Below, piece after piece: positions 33,888-42,317 of a DNA stretch of 64,000 nucleotides. Source of the DNA: an uncultured Schwartzia sp. (GTDB lineage: Bacteria; Bacillota; Negativicutes; Selenomonadales; Selenomonadaceae); assembly GCA_964540025.1 (NCBI GenBank), contig CAZIKQ010000001.1, positions 31,260 to 95,259 of the forward strand, read 5' to 3'. The stretch's first letter is position 1, and each line of letters starts with the position of its first letter. The notes under the pieces are model-generated. The model was not told the origin of the DNA. It made no database searches and saw nothing but the letters and a program-made list of their open reading frames with translations. Position numbers and translations under genes: made by a program.

Positions 33888-34145
33888 CACGAACTCTCTT
33901 TATGGATTTTATATACCACACATTATGAAATGTGTCAAGAAAATTTTTGAGTTTTTCCATAACGCCCGCAGGAGATGTTTGCCGGGCAAAACCTTCCGTT
34001 AAAAATTCCCGCATATTTTTTAAGTGTCCTGATTGCCATTGCAATCAATGCGGTGATAAAATGTCACGAATCAAAACTCCAGCCAAATATTTTTCACATT
34101 CTGAAGAAGTATACAGGCGAAACAGAAAAAACAGGAGGTAATCTC

Positions 34146-35117
34146 ATGAAATTGCTCCATGACGAACTTTGGCAACGCATCGGCGAGCTCGCCTTGACAT
34201 CTATGCTGTACGAGGTATCGACAACGCCAAAGCCAGGACTCGTGGACCGCTCGAATTGCGGCGCCCATCTCGACATGGACTTTTTTACTTTCATGACTTC
34301 TGCCTCTTCGCTGCGTCAATTTTTTGATTCGGCCGCTGAGACGGGCTGGAAGGCCGGCTCCGCTTCAAGAGATCCGCTTTCGGTCCTGCACGCTCTGATG
34401 AAGCTGGGCATTGCCGGCGAGAGGCGCATGTTTCGCGCAACGCGCGGCGTCAATACCCACAAGGGCATGATCTTCAGCCTCGGTCTCGTTGTCTGTGCAG
34501 CCGCTTTCGTGGCGCGCCAAAACACCCTCGCGCCGGAGGCGGTCATAGAGACAGCCGCGATGTACGGACGGCATTTTTTTCTGAAGAAATACGGCATGGA
34601 ATACAGTGCGTTGAATAGCGGTAACACGGAAGAAATTGACACGTCGCCGGCTGCCGTCAGCGCTCGAACCGCGCGGCTGCAAACGCGCCGTCAAAATACG
34701 TCGCCCGTTACGCGCGGCGAAGAAGTTTATGTGCGCTATGGTTTGCTGGGCGTCTCCGGCGAAGCTGCCGCCGGATTTCCAAGCGTCCTCACGATTGGCT
34801 TGCCGGCTTATCGTGCCTGCCGGGCAGTAAATATGCCGACAAACGACGCCCTCGTTGAAACGCTCCTGCACCTCATCGCGAAGATGGACGATACAAATAT
34901 TCTGGGCCGTCACGACTTGCCGGCCCTGCGTTACGCGCAGCGTGCCGCCGCCCAAACCCTGGCGCTCGGCGGTATGCGGACCGACGAAGGAAGAGCGGCT
35001 ATTGAAGCGCTTGACCGCGATTTTATCAATCGCTGGATCAGTCCCGGCGGCAGTGCGGATATGCTGGCCATCACTCACTTTTTATATGAACTCCCGCACC
35101 TTCTGAAACAAGGTTAA
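34146..35117 (+). CDS. madG: triphosphoribosyl-dephospho-CoA synthase (MdcB/MadG/CitG family)
   Basis: The start was moved to ATG 34146 (RBS AGGAGG). The CitG/MdcB block is YEVSTTPKPGLVDRSNCGAHLDMDFFTF. It is divergent from the rest of the mad genes. Confidence 0.85.
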   Translation: MKLLHDELWQRIGELALTSMLYEVSTTPKPGLVDRSNCGAHLDMDFFTFMTSASSLRQFFDSAAETGWKAGSASRDPLSVLHALMKLGIAGERRMFRATRGVNTHKGMIFSLGLVVCAAAFVARQNTLAPEAVIETAAMYGRHFFLKKYGMEYSALNSGNTEEIDTSPAAVSARTARLQTRRQNTSPVTRGEEVYVRYGLLGVSGEAAAGFPSVLTIGLPAYRACRAVNMPTNDALVETLLHLIAKMDDTNILGRHDLPALRYAQRAAAQTLALGGMRTDEGRAAIEALDRDFINRWISPGGSADMLAITHFLYELPHLLKQG

Positions 35118-35252
35118 AAAGGCAGTCCCTTTTGCCGATGCGCCTGCGATTTTCCTTTACCCTGCCGCCAGTATGTGCTATCATAAGCAATTATCATCTT
35201 TTGAAAATATTTTGCCAGACGTATATTACGAGGAGTACAGGAGGCTTTCACA

Positions 35253-36308
35253 ATGACTGCTAAAAGACTTGACCCTATGAGCTTTGATTTCCCCATGGAG
35301 AAAATGATGAGCGGCTACTACGCCGATATCTATTTCATGCGGGAGCAGGAAATACTCCGTAAAGAAAACTGTACCGACCGGGTGACCCTGCAAATCTTCC
35401 AGCGGGACTACGCCGTTCTCTGCGGTGTAGACGAAGCCATCGCCCTGATAAAGCGCTGCTCCCACAATCCTGAGTCCATCAAGATCCGCGCCCTTCACGA
35501 CGGCGACGAGGTGGAGCCTTGGGAAACCATCATGACCATTGAAGGGAATCCGGCAGATTTCGCCCATTTGGAAACCGTCTATCTCGGCATCCTTGCCCGG
35601 CAGACGAAGGTGGCTACCAACTGCCGCCGCTGTGTAAAGGCAGCCGGTGACAAGCCGGTGCTGTTCTTCCCGGCCCGCTTCGACCACTACCTCGTCCAGG
35701 AAAGCGACGGCTACGCTGCGAAGATCGGCGGCATGGCCGGAATTTCCACCCCCGCCAACGCCAAAGTCTGGGGCGTTGAAGCGGCCGGAACTATCCCTCA
35801 CGCTCTCATTGCCTCCCTGGGGGGTGACAGCGTAAAGGCCGCCCGGCTCTTTGACAAATATATGCCCGCCAACGTTGCCCGCATTGCCCTTGTTGACTTC
35901 GATAATGACTGCGTCGGCACCAGCCTCAAGGTGGCCCATGCTTTAGGCGACAAGCTGGCCGGCGTCCGTCTCGATACCTCCGGCACCATGGTCGACAAGT
36001 CGCTGGCGGAACAGATGGGCCACTTCCAGCCTACCGGCGTGAACGCCCAGCTGGTTCACAACGTCCGCACCGCCCTCGATGCGGAAGGCTTCACCAAGGT
36101 TAAAATCGTCGTTTCCGGCGGTTTCACCCCGGAGCGTATCAAGAGCTTTGAAACGGCCCGGGTCCCGGTAGACGTCTATGCGGTAGGCAGCTATATTTAC
36201 AGCGGCAACACTGATTTCACCTCTGACGTGGTGCTTCTCAACGGTAAGCCCTGCGCCAAAGCCGGCCGCCGCTATACGGACAATCCCCGCCTCGAGGATG
36301 TGGAATAA
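35253..36308 (+). CDS. nicotinate phosphoribosyltransferase-like (type II PRTase family)
   Basis: 351 aa, RBS AGGAGG. YYADIYFMREQEIL... and GTIPHALI...VDFDND...GVRLDTSG resemble the short archaeal/clostridial NAPRTase / QPRTase fold. Confidence 0.6.
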   Translation: MTAKRLDPMSFDFPMEKMMSGYYADIYFMREQEILRKENCTDRVTLQIFQRDYAVLCGVDEAIALIKRCSHNPESIKIRALHDGDEVEPWETIMTIEGNPADFAHLETVYLGILARQTKVATNCRRCVKAAGDKPVLFFPARFDHYLVQESDGYAAKIGGMAGISTPANAKVWGVEAAGTIPHALIASLGGDSVKAARLFDKYMPANVARIALVDFDNDCVGTSLKVAHALGDKLAGVRLDTSGTMVDKSLAEQMGHFQPTGVNAQLVHNVRTALDAEGFTKVKIVVSGGFTPERIKSFETARVPVDVYAVGSYIYSGNTDFTSDVVLLNGKPCAKAGRRYTDNPRLEDVE

Positions 36309-36411
36309 TCATGGGTGACTTTATCGTCCTCCTGCTGTTCGGCGGCATGGTCGCCTACGCTTTCGGCAACAGGATATTCACCCGATAATTAAACTGCCTG
36401 GAGAACAGATA

Positions 36412-37344
36412 ATGCCAATAAAGATCCCGAATAATCTCCCCGCGGCGGCAACCCTCAGCGGCGAGCACATCTTCTTCATGGACGCCAGCCGCGCCTACAG
36501 TCAGGACATCCGTCCCCTTAAGCTCCTCATCCTGAACCTGATGCCCACAAAAATCGCCACCGAGACCCAGCTTCTCCGCCTGCTGGGCAACACGCCCCTT
36601 CAGGTAGAGGTGGATTTCATTTACACCGAGACTTACAATCCCCGGCACATATCGGTTGACCACCTTACCGAGTTTTACGGTACATTTGCCGACGTCCGCC
36701 ACAAAAAATACGACGGTCTCATCATCACCGGAGCGCCGGTGGAACAAATTCCCTTTGAGGAAGTTGCCTACTGGCCGGAGATCGTGGAGATCATGGAATG
36801 GTCAAAGACCAATGTCTTCTCCACCTTCCATATCTGCTGGGGGGCCCAGGCTGGCCTTTACTACCATTACGGAATCCCAAAGCATGACGTGACCGCCAAG
36901 GTATTCGGCGTGTTTCGCCATCACCTTTGCGTTGAACATGAAATGCTTTTCCGGGGATTTGACGATGAGTTCTTTGTCCCCCACTCCCGCCATACAGAAA
37001 TCCGCCGGGAGGATATTGAAAAGGCGCCGGCCCTCACCATTATGGCTGAGGCGGAGGCTCCGGCCGGGGTCTACTGCGTGGCCAATCTGAAGCGCCGTCA
37101 GTTCTTTATCACCGGCCATGCAGAATACGATCCTCTCACCCTGAAAGCCGAATACGACCGGGATGTAGCCGCGGGACTTCCCATAAACGTTCCGGCCAAC
37201 TATTATCCTCAGGATGATCCCAGCCGGACGCCCCGGGTCCGCTGGCGTTCCGTGGCCAATCTTCTCTTTGCCAACTGGCTGAATTACTACGTTTATCAGG
37301 AGACGCCCTACGAGCTGGACAAGATTGTCCCTGCCGAAGAGTAA
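36412..37344 (+). CDS. metA: homoserine O-acyltransferase (MetA family)
   Basis: 310 aa. [11 protein letters not shown]...[36 protein letters not shown] is the canonical MetA N-terminus, and the catalytic Cys context FHICWGAQA is present. Confidence 0.9.
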   Translation: MPIKIPNNLPAAATLSGEHIFFMDASRAYSQDIRPLKLLILNLMPTKIATETQLLRLLGNTPLQVEVDFIYTETYNPRHISVDHLTEFYGTFADVRHKKYDGLIITGAPVEQIPFEEVAYWPEIVEIMEWSKTNVFSTFHICWGAQAGLYYHYGIPKHDVTAKVFGVFRHHLCVEHEMLFRGFDDEFFVPHSRHTEIRREDIEKAPALTIMAEAEAPAGVYCVANLKRRQFFITGHAEYDPLTLKAEYDRDVAAGLPINVPANYYPQDDPSRTPRVRWRSVANLLFANWLNYYVYQETPYELDKIVPAEE

Positions 37345-37416
37345 ACGGCACCAAAACTGTTTTCATTGGCTTTACAGACAGATACGGTATATTTTCCAGG
37401 AAAAGGAGAATTGATT

Positions 37417-38091
37417 ATGGGTAATTTATATCGCTCCCTTGGAAAATATGCCGCTGTTTTTTCTCTGGCGGCGTATTTTATGTTTGGCGCGCTTCCGGCT
37501 CAAGGGGAAGCAAATTCCATTACTTACAAGTCCCCCAAGGTCCCCATGGATATCTACGAATGGATTCAGGCCAGCCCCCGTACCAGCTATTATTTCAACA
37601 AGAAATATATCTGCTACCAGACAAACAGCGACGGCACTGTCGATGTGAATTTACTGCGCATTCCTATCCTGCGTACCTATGACTGCATTCAGGTAGCTGA
37701 CATCATCGCCAAGCGCCGCTGGCATCAGCAGGAATGGAAAAATCTTGATAAATTGCTGGCCGCCGAAGCCAACAATGTCACTATTGACTGCGAAAAGCGG
37801 ACGGTTACCATCAGGGATTCTATCCTGCTTACCGAAACGTTCGGCCACATCTACAATGAGCCGTCGGGCCGGATCATCGAGCTGGACAAGCTCAGCGAGC
37901 AGTCTTTGGAGCGCCGGTTTTTTGAAAGCATTCTCCAGTACGCTTACGATAACCCCGATAAGCTCATCGCCAATACGAAGGGCTTCCTTACGAAGGGAGA
38001 CCAAAAGAAGCTGGCGGAGGCAAAAAAGGCAGAGAATAAGCGCCGAAAGGCAATTGAAGAGGCGAAGAATCAATCGGTAGATCAGGATTGA
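37417..38091 (+). CDS. hypothetical secreted protein
   Basis: The start was moved to ATG 37417 (RBS AAGGAG). The signal peptide is MGNLYRSLGKYAAVFSLAAYFMFGALPAQGEA, and the tail is Lys/Glu-rich. No family recognised. Confidence 0.55.
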   Translation: MGNLYRSLGKYAAVFSLAAYFMFGALPAQGEANSITYKSPKVPMDIYEWIQASPRTSYYFNKKYICYQTNSDGTVDVNLLRIPILRTYDCIQVADIIAKRRWHQQEWKNLDKLLAAEANNVTIDCEKRTVTIRDSILLTETFGHIYNEPSGRIIELDKLSEQSLERRFFESILQYAYDNPDKLIANTKGFLTKGDQKKLAEAKKAENKRRKAIEEAKNQSVDQD

Positions 38092-38100
38092 AAAACCGTG

Positions 38101-38377
38101 GAGGCGGCCCAGCCGCCTCTCAGACTGTTGACAAAGGCCACTTTACCCCTTGGCTCCCCTGTAGGGGAGCTGTCAGCGTAGCTGACTGAGGGGTGACATA
38201 AGTAAACCTCTCGGCTGATCTTCACCCCTCCGGTCTTCGGCCTGCGGCCTTCGACCACCTCCCCTACAGGGGAGGCTTTGAGTTGTGGCAGTTACTCCAC
38301 GGGGAGCCTTTGGGCCGAGTGAAAGGGTAGGCATAGAGCTGTTTGTCGACAAGCTAAGAGGCGGCCCAGCCGCCTCT
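38101..38377. repeat. REP/MITE-like element (family copy R2) bracketed by a duplicated 20-nt terminator hairpin
   Basis: GAGGCGGCCCAGCCGCCTCT occurs at 38101-38120 and again at 38358-38377; only the second copy is followed by TTTTTT. Between them lie GGCTCCCCTGTAGGGGAGCTGTCAGCGTAGCTGACTGAGGGGTG (the inverse of the R1 module), CCTCCCCTACAGGGGAGG and TTTGTCGACAAGCT (also present in R1). Confidence 0.8.
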
Positions 38378-38454
38378 TTTTTATACTTTGGATAAAAACA
38401 AGGACACTTCCCTGTCGAAACAGGAAGGTGTCCTCATTTATTTTTCACTTTAGA

Positions 38455-40563
38455 TTACAGCACCAGCTGTCCCCAGTCGGCCACCCGGCGGGCAAGTCCG
38501 GTGATGGCGGAAAGCAGGGCCAGGCGGTTGGCCCGGACGGCCGCATCCTCCGTCATAACCATAACCGCGTCCAGATAATCGGCAATTGCCGGGGCCAGGG
38601 GAGCCAGCTCCTCAATGGCCCGTTTGTAGCTGCTGTTCATGAGGGCCGCCGCCACTCCGGTGGATACAGCCTCATAGGTATCATGGAGATTTTCCTCCTC
38701 CTGTACCTCGTAGAGATCCCGGTCCGGAATGACTGCATCCCCCGCCTTGGCGGAAAGATTTGCCGCCCGGCCAAGGGCCTCGGCCAGCTTCGCGATCTCC
38801 TCCGGGCGGCGGTTGATGGCATCGGTAAGGGCATCGGCCCGAAGGACGGTGGCCGCGCAGTCATCGGTATCGATGGCGGCGGCCGCAATATCATAGCGGG
38901 TGCCGTTATCTGCCAGAACCTTTTCCAGCCGGAGGCGGATGAAATCAGCGAAGGACTTTTCCACCGCCGCTGTCTTTTCTTCGTCCAATCCGTAGAGAGC
39001 GGCGGCTTCCTTAACGAGAGGATTCAGCTTCAGCCGCTTTTTATTGGCCACGATGGTCTGAACAAGGCCCAGAGCCTGACGGCGGAGGGCAAAGGGATCC
39101 TCCGAGCCGGTGGGGATGAGGCCCAGGCTGAAGGTTCCCACGATGGTATCGATCTTATCTGCCACGCTGACGATAGCCCCCACAGCGGTTTCCGGCAGCT
39201 GGCCGCCCGCCTGACGGGGCCGGTAATGCTCGTCGATGGCTTCCGCCACCGCCGGGTCTTCGCCGTCAAGAAGCGCATAGCTACGGCCAATAGTTCCTTC
39301 CAGCTCGGTGAACTCCACCACCATGGCGGTGACCAGGTCTGCCTTGGCCAGTCTGGCGGCCCGGCAGGCGGCCGCCTTTTCGCTTTCGCTGGCTTCCCAG
39401 GCGTCCGCCACCGCCGCCGCCAGCTTCTCCAGCCGGAGGACTTTATCGTACATGGTACCGAGGCCCTTCTGAAAATTCAGGGTCTTCAGCTTCTCCACAT
39501 AGTCCTCCAGCTTCTTCTCCCGGTCCTCACTGAAGAAGAACTCCGCGTCAGCCAGGCGGGCCCGGAGGACCCGTTCATTGCCGCGGGCCACCACATCGAT
39601 GGACCGGTCGCCGCCGGAGCGCACGGTGATAAAGTAGGGCAGCAGCCCGCCGTCCTCTGCCACCACCGGGAAGTAACGCTGGTGGTCCCGCATGGGGGTA
39701 ACGATTGCCTCCCGGGGCAGCGTCATATACTTTTCATCGATGCGGCCAAAGAGGGCGGTTGGCCATTCCACCAGGAACGTTACCTCCTCAAGGAGTCCCG
39801 GTTCGATTTGCGCCTTGCCCGGCTTGCCCTTGGCGTCCAGACAGGACGCCGCCACCCGGTCGATTTCTTCCCGGATCATTTTCTGACGGCGTACCGGGCA
39901 GGCGATGACCTTCATCTCCTCACACTGCTCCATATAAGATTTCGGCTCACGGATATCGAACTGACGGCCCGCCGGGTCGAACGGTTCTCCTTCCACATTG
40001 GAAAGGACCCGGTGCCCGCGGGAGGTCCGGCCGGACTTCACCTGAGCCACCTCGAAGGGTACGACTTCCCTGCCGCAGAGGGCAACGATCCAGCGGATGG
40101 GGCGGAGGAACTTAAAGTCCAGATCCCGCCAGCGCATGGTATTTGGCAGCGGCAGGGTAGTGATCAGCTCTGGAAAGAGAGTGGTCAGAATCTCCTTCGT
40201 CTCCTTGCCGACAGTATGAATCTCCGCATAAACGTAGCCGTCCCGCCTGATGAGTTTGTCCGGGGTCGTTCCGGCTCCCTTGGCAAAGCCCATGACCGCC
40301 CTGGTGGGGTTGCCCTCAGCATCAAAGGCCGTGGCGATGGCCGGTCCACGGCGCTCCATAGTCTTATCCGGCTGACGCTCGGCCACATCATCGATAAACA
40401 GGGCAAGGCGGCGGGGCGTCCCCATGGCGTGGATGGCGCCGTGGGAAAGGCCCAGCTCCTCAAGGCAGGCGGCGGCTTTGTCCCGCAGGGCCCGATAAAG
40501 CCTGGGCACCGCGTGAGCCGGAAGCTCCTCCGTGCCGATTTCCAAAAGAATATCTACTGCCAT
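38455..40563 (-). CDS. glyS: glycine--tRNA ligase beta subunit
   Basis: 702 aa with the N-terminus MAVDILLEIGTEELPA typical of GlyS. It is adjacent to glyQ. Confidence 0.93.
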   Translation of the reverse strand: MAVDILLEIGTEELPAHAVPRLYRALRDKAAACLEELGLSHGAIHAMGTPRRLALFIDDVAERQPDKTMERRGPAIATAFDAEGNPTRAVMGFAKGAGTTPDKLIRRDGYVYAEIHTVGKETKEILTTLFPELITTLPLPNTMRWRDLDFKFLRPIRWIVALCGREVVPFEVAQVKSGRTSRGHRVLSNVEGEPFDPAGRQFDIREPKSYMEQCEEMKVIACPVRRQKMIREEIDRVAASCLDAKGKPGKAQIEPGLLEEVTFLVEWPTALFGRIDEKYMTLPREAIVTPMRDHQRYFPVVAEDGGLLPYFITVRSGGDRSIDVVARGNERVLRARLADAEFFFSEDREKKLEDYVEKLKTLNFQKGLGTMYDKVLRLEKLAAAVADAWEASESEKAAACRAARLAKADLVTAMVVEFTELEGTIGRSYALLDGEDPAVAEAIDEHYRPRQAGGQLPETAVGAIVSVADKIDTIVGTFSLGLIPTGSEDPFALRRQALGLVQTIVANKKRLKLNPLVKEAAALYGLDEEKTAAVEKSFADFIRLRLEKVLADNGTRYDIAAAAIDTDDCAATVLRADALTDAINRRPEEIAKLAEALGRAANLSAKAGDAVIPDRDLYEVQEEENLHDTYEAVSTGVAAALMNSSYKRAIEELAPLAPAIADYLDAVMVMTEDAAVRANRLALLSAITGLARRVADWGQLVL

Positions 40564-40564
40564 T

Positions 40565-41455
40565 TTACTTCACCTGTGCCTTTCTGTTCTTGCCCATCAT
40601 GGGATACCCCAGCTTCTCCCGCTGCGCCAGATAAGCTTTGGCGCACATTCTGGCCAGCTTGCGGACCCGGCCGATGTAAGCGGTGCGCTCGGAAGCGCTG
40701 ATGGCTCCCCGGGCGTCCAGAAGATTGAAGGCATGGGAGCATTTCAGCACGTAGTCATAGGCAGGATGAACGGCTCCTTCGCCAATGACCCGGACAGCCT
40801 CCGCTTCATACTTGTCAAACAGCTCAAAGAGGAGCCTGGCGTCGGACAGCTTGAAGGCATAAAGGCTCTGCTCGTATTCATTCTGATGAAAGACGTCCCC
40901 GTAGGTGTAATCCCCGATCCACTTTATATCGTAGACGTTTTCAACCCCCTGAATGTACATGGCCAGGCGTTCCAGGCCGTAGGTGATCTCGCTGGCCACA
41001 GGCTTTACGTCGCAGCCCCCCACCTGCTGGAAGTAAGTGAACTGAGTGATCTCCATGCCGTCCAGCCAAACCTCCCAGCCAAGGCCCCAGGCCCCCAGGG
41101 TGGGCGACTCCCAATTGTCCTCCACGAAGCGGATATCGTGGTCGGCGGCGTTTATCCCCAGCCGGGCCAGGCTCTCAAGATAAAGCTCCTGAATGTTGTC
41201 CGGGGAGGGTTTCATGATAACCTGAAACTGATGGTGCTGATACAGGCGGTTGGGATTGTCTCCGTACCGGCCGTCAGCCGGGCGGCGGCTTGGCTCGACG
41301 TAGGCCACATTCCAGGGCTCGGGGCCGAGGACCCTGAGGAAGGTGGAAGGATTCATGGTACCGGCGCCCTTCTCCACGTCGTAGGGCTCGGCAAGAATGC
41401 AGCCCTGCTCAGACCAAAAGGACTGGAGAGCCAAGATCATTTCCTGAAATTTCAT
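40565..41455 (-). CDS. glyQ: glycine--tRNA ligase alpha subunit
   Basis: 296 aa. [36 protein letters not shown] is a near-invariant GlyQ sequence. Confidence 0.95.
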   Translation of the reverse strand: MKFQEMILALQSFWSEQGCILAEPYDVEKGAGTMNPSTFLRVLGPEPWNVAYVEPSRRPADGRYGDNPNRLYQHHQFQVIMKPSPDNIQELYLESLARLGINAADHDIRFVEDNWESPTLGAWGLGWEVWLDGMEITQFTYFQQVGGCDVKPVASEITYGLERLAMYIQGVENVYDIKWIGDYTYGDVFHQNEYEQSLYAFKLSDARLLFELFDKYEAEAVRVIGEGAVHPAYDYVLKCSHAFNLLDARGAISASERTAYIGRVRKLARMCAKAYLAQREKLGYPMMGKNRKAQVK

Positions 41456-41469
41456 ACTGTTTCCTCCTA

Positions 41470-41711
41470 AAGGCTCGGGTGGAACGATATCGTCACCGGT
41501 TCTTTCCGCACAAAAAAACCCGCCACCCGTGAAATAACTTCACAGGGACGAGATAGCTTCCCGCGGTTCCACCCTGATTGGCTTGCGCCCACTTAATTCT
41601 TCGATTGGATTGCTCCCGGCTGCCCGTATCCCGATAGCGGTCTCACACCGTCGCCGCCTCGCTGTGGTGGGATATTTTTTCCGTTCATCGCAAGGGCCGA
41701 ATCAATCGGCG
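41470..41711 (-). promoter_or_regulatory. T-box leader (glycine) of glyQS
   Basis: The minus-strand AATCAGGGTGGAACCGCG (41579-41562) matches the T-box sequence. It is followed by a terminator hairpin and U7 (about 41550-41505). A stem I GA-motif TTGCGATGA lies near the 5' end (41693-41685). Confidence 0.8.
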
Positions 41712-41717
41712 ATAATG

Positions 41718-41746
41718 ATTGTAGCAAAGGACTTGTTCCTTGTCAA
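41718..41746 (-). promoter_or_regulatory. candidate glyQS promoter
   Basis: The minus strand reads TTGACA (41746-41741), a 17-nt spacer, then TACAAT (41723-41718). Confidence 0.55.
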
Positions 41747-41879
41747 TTTAATCATGAAATATATTTGCGAACGCTACAAGCTTGCAGCCGGTAAATTCCC
41801 CTCTCATGTGAAAGCTTTCGTTTTCCCGGCGGTCCGTCAGCTTTCCCCCTGATGACGGGAAGCCGGCAGATTTTCTTCC

Positions 41880-41908
41880 TTGACTAAAGACGGCCCCCAT
41901 GGTACAAT
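41880..41908 (+). promoter_or_regulatory. candidate promoter of the polyamine-operon leader RNA
   Basis: TTGACT (41880-41885), a 17-nt spacer, then TACAAT (41903-41908). Confidence 0.55.
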
Positions 41909-41914
41909 CAACCT

Positions 41915-42264
41915 GATTTTAGCCGGATGGGTGATTCCTGTCCATAGCAATTATCGCGGACCGCCCGATTCTGTCGGGCCAAGGCCATACGGACAGCCGG
42001 GTCCACTGCCGATTGGCGGCTTGCGCCGCCTTATTGATTGAGTTAAAAGCTCAAATTTTATAAGTTGGTTATCTAACCAAATGGTTTCTCGAAAACCTAA
42101 CAGCGTATCGACGCTTACTTGTGAAACGGTCAATAAGAGGAAAGCAGGATTTCCTCAATAGAGTAGTAAAAGTAATGATTGCTATATAGACTCTGACGAC
42201 TAAAATTCCAAACAGTCCGGGGCCGATGACGTCCGCCGGAAAATAAAGGATTTAAGATTTCACG
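41915..42264 (+). ncRNA. unclassified ~350-nt structured leader / ncRNA upstream of the speA-type gene
   Basis: No credible ORF is present. The possible closing helix is AUUUU[AG]CCGG (41916-41926) with CCGGAAAAU (42236-42244). Local hairpins are GCCCGA-UUCUG-UCGGGC (41963-41979) and GGCGGC-UUGC-GCCGCC (42015-42030), and there is a palindrome TTGGTTATCTAACCAA (42065-42080). The segment ends at a strong terminator. Confidence 0.4.
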
Positions 42265-42298
42265 AACAGCGCGTGCGCCCGCGCTGTTTTTTTATTTT
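42265..42298 (+). terminator. intrinsic terminator about 20 nt upstream of the speA-type start codon
   Basis: Stem AACAGCGCG (42265-42273) / CGCGCTGTT (42280-42288), loop TGCGCC, then TTTTTATTTTG. Confidence 0.7.
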
Positions 42299-42317
42299 GT
42301 TTTGCGGGGTTGATGAA

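Noticed and set aside
33844-34141. ORFs in the mad divergent region: 66 aa on the minus strand, and 69 aa on the plus strand with a CPDCHCNQC cluster (zinc-ribbon-like).
   Set aside because: Their starts are TTG/GTG or have a poor RBS. They overlap each other and the presumed madG promoter and RBS, and the composition is AT-rich and non-coding-like. They are not supported as genes without conservation data.
36311-36388. 25-codon hydrophobic ORF ([25 protein letters not shown]) between the NAPRTase-like gene and metA.
   Set aside because: There is no clear RBS and it is very short. It may be a real small membrane peptide, but the sequence alone does not support a call.
38428-40701. 757-aa plus-strand ORF, the longest ORF on that strand.
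   Set aside because: It lies exactly antisense to glyS/glyQ, whose products carry near-invariant GlyRS sequence. The antisense translation is Gly/Arg/Pro/His-rich low complexity, typical of shadow ORFs in high-GC DNA.
41951-42133. 60-aa minus-strand ORF within the leader region.
   Set aside because: It has no RBS and a Gly/Pro-rich odd composition, and it lies antisense to a promoter-terminator-delimited transcript.
41915-42264. Tested the long leader against housekeeping RNAs (tmRNA, RNase P, SRP/4.5S, 6S) and the common riboswitch cores I remember.
   Set aside because: There is no tmRNA 5' GGGG...UUCGAC or 3' tRNA-like CCACCA end and no tag ORF. GAGGAAAGC at about 42127 lacks the RNase P P4 partner and spacing. 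There is no SRP GGAAG-type domain IV motif, and no T-box, THI-box, B12-box, L-box or G-box sequences. It remains unclassified.
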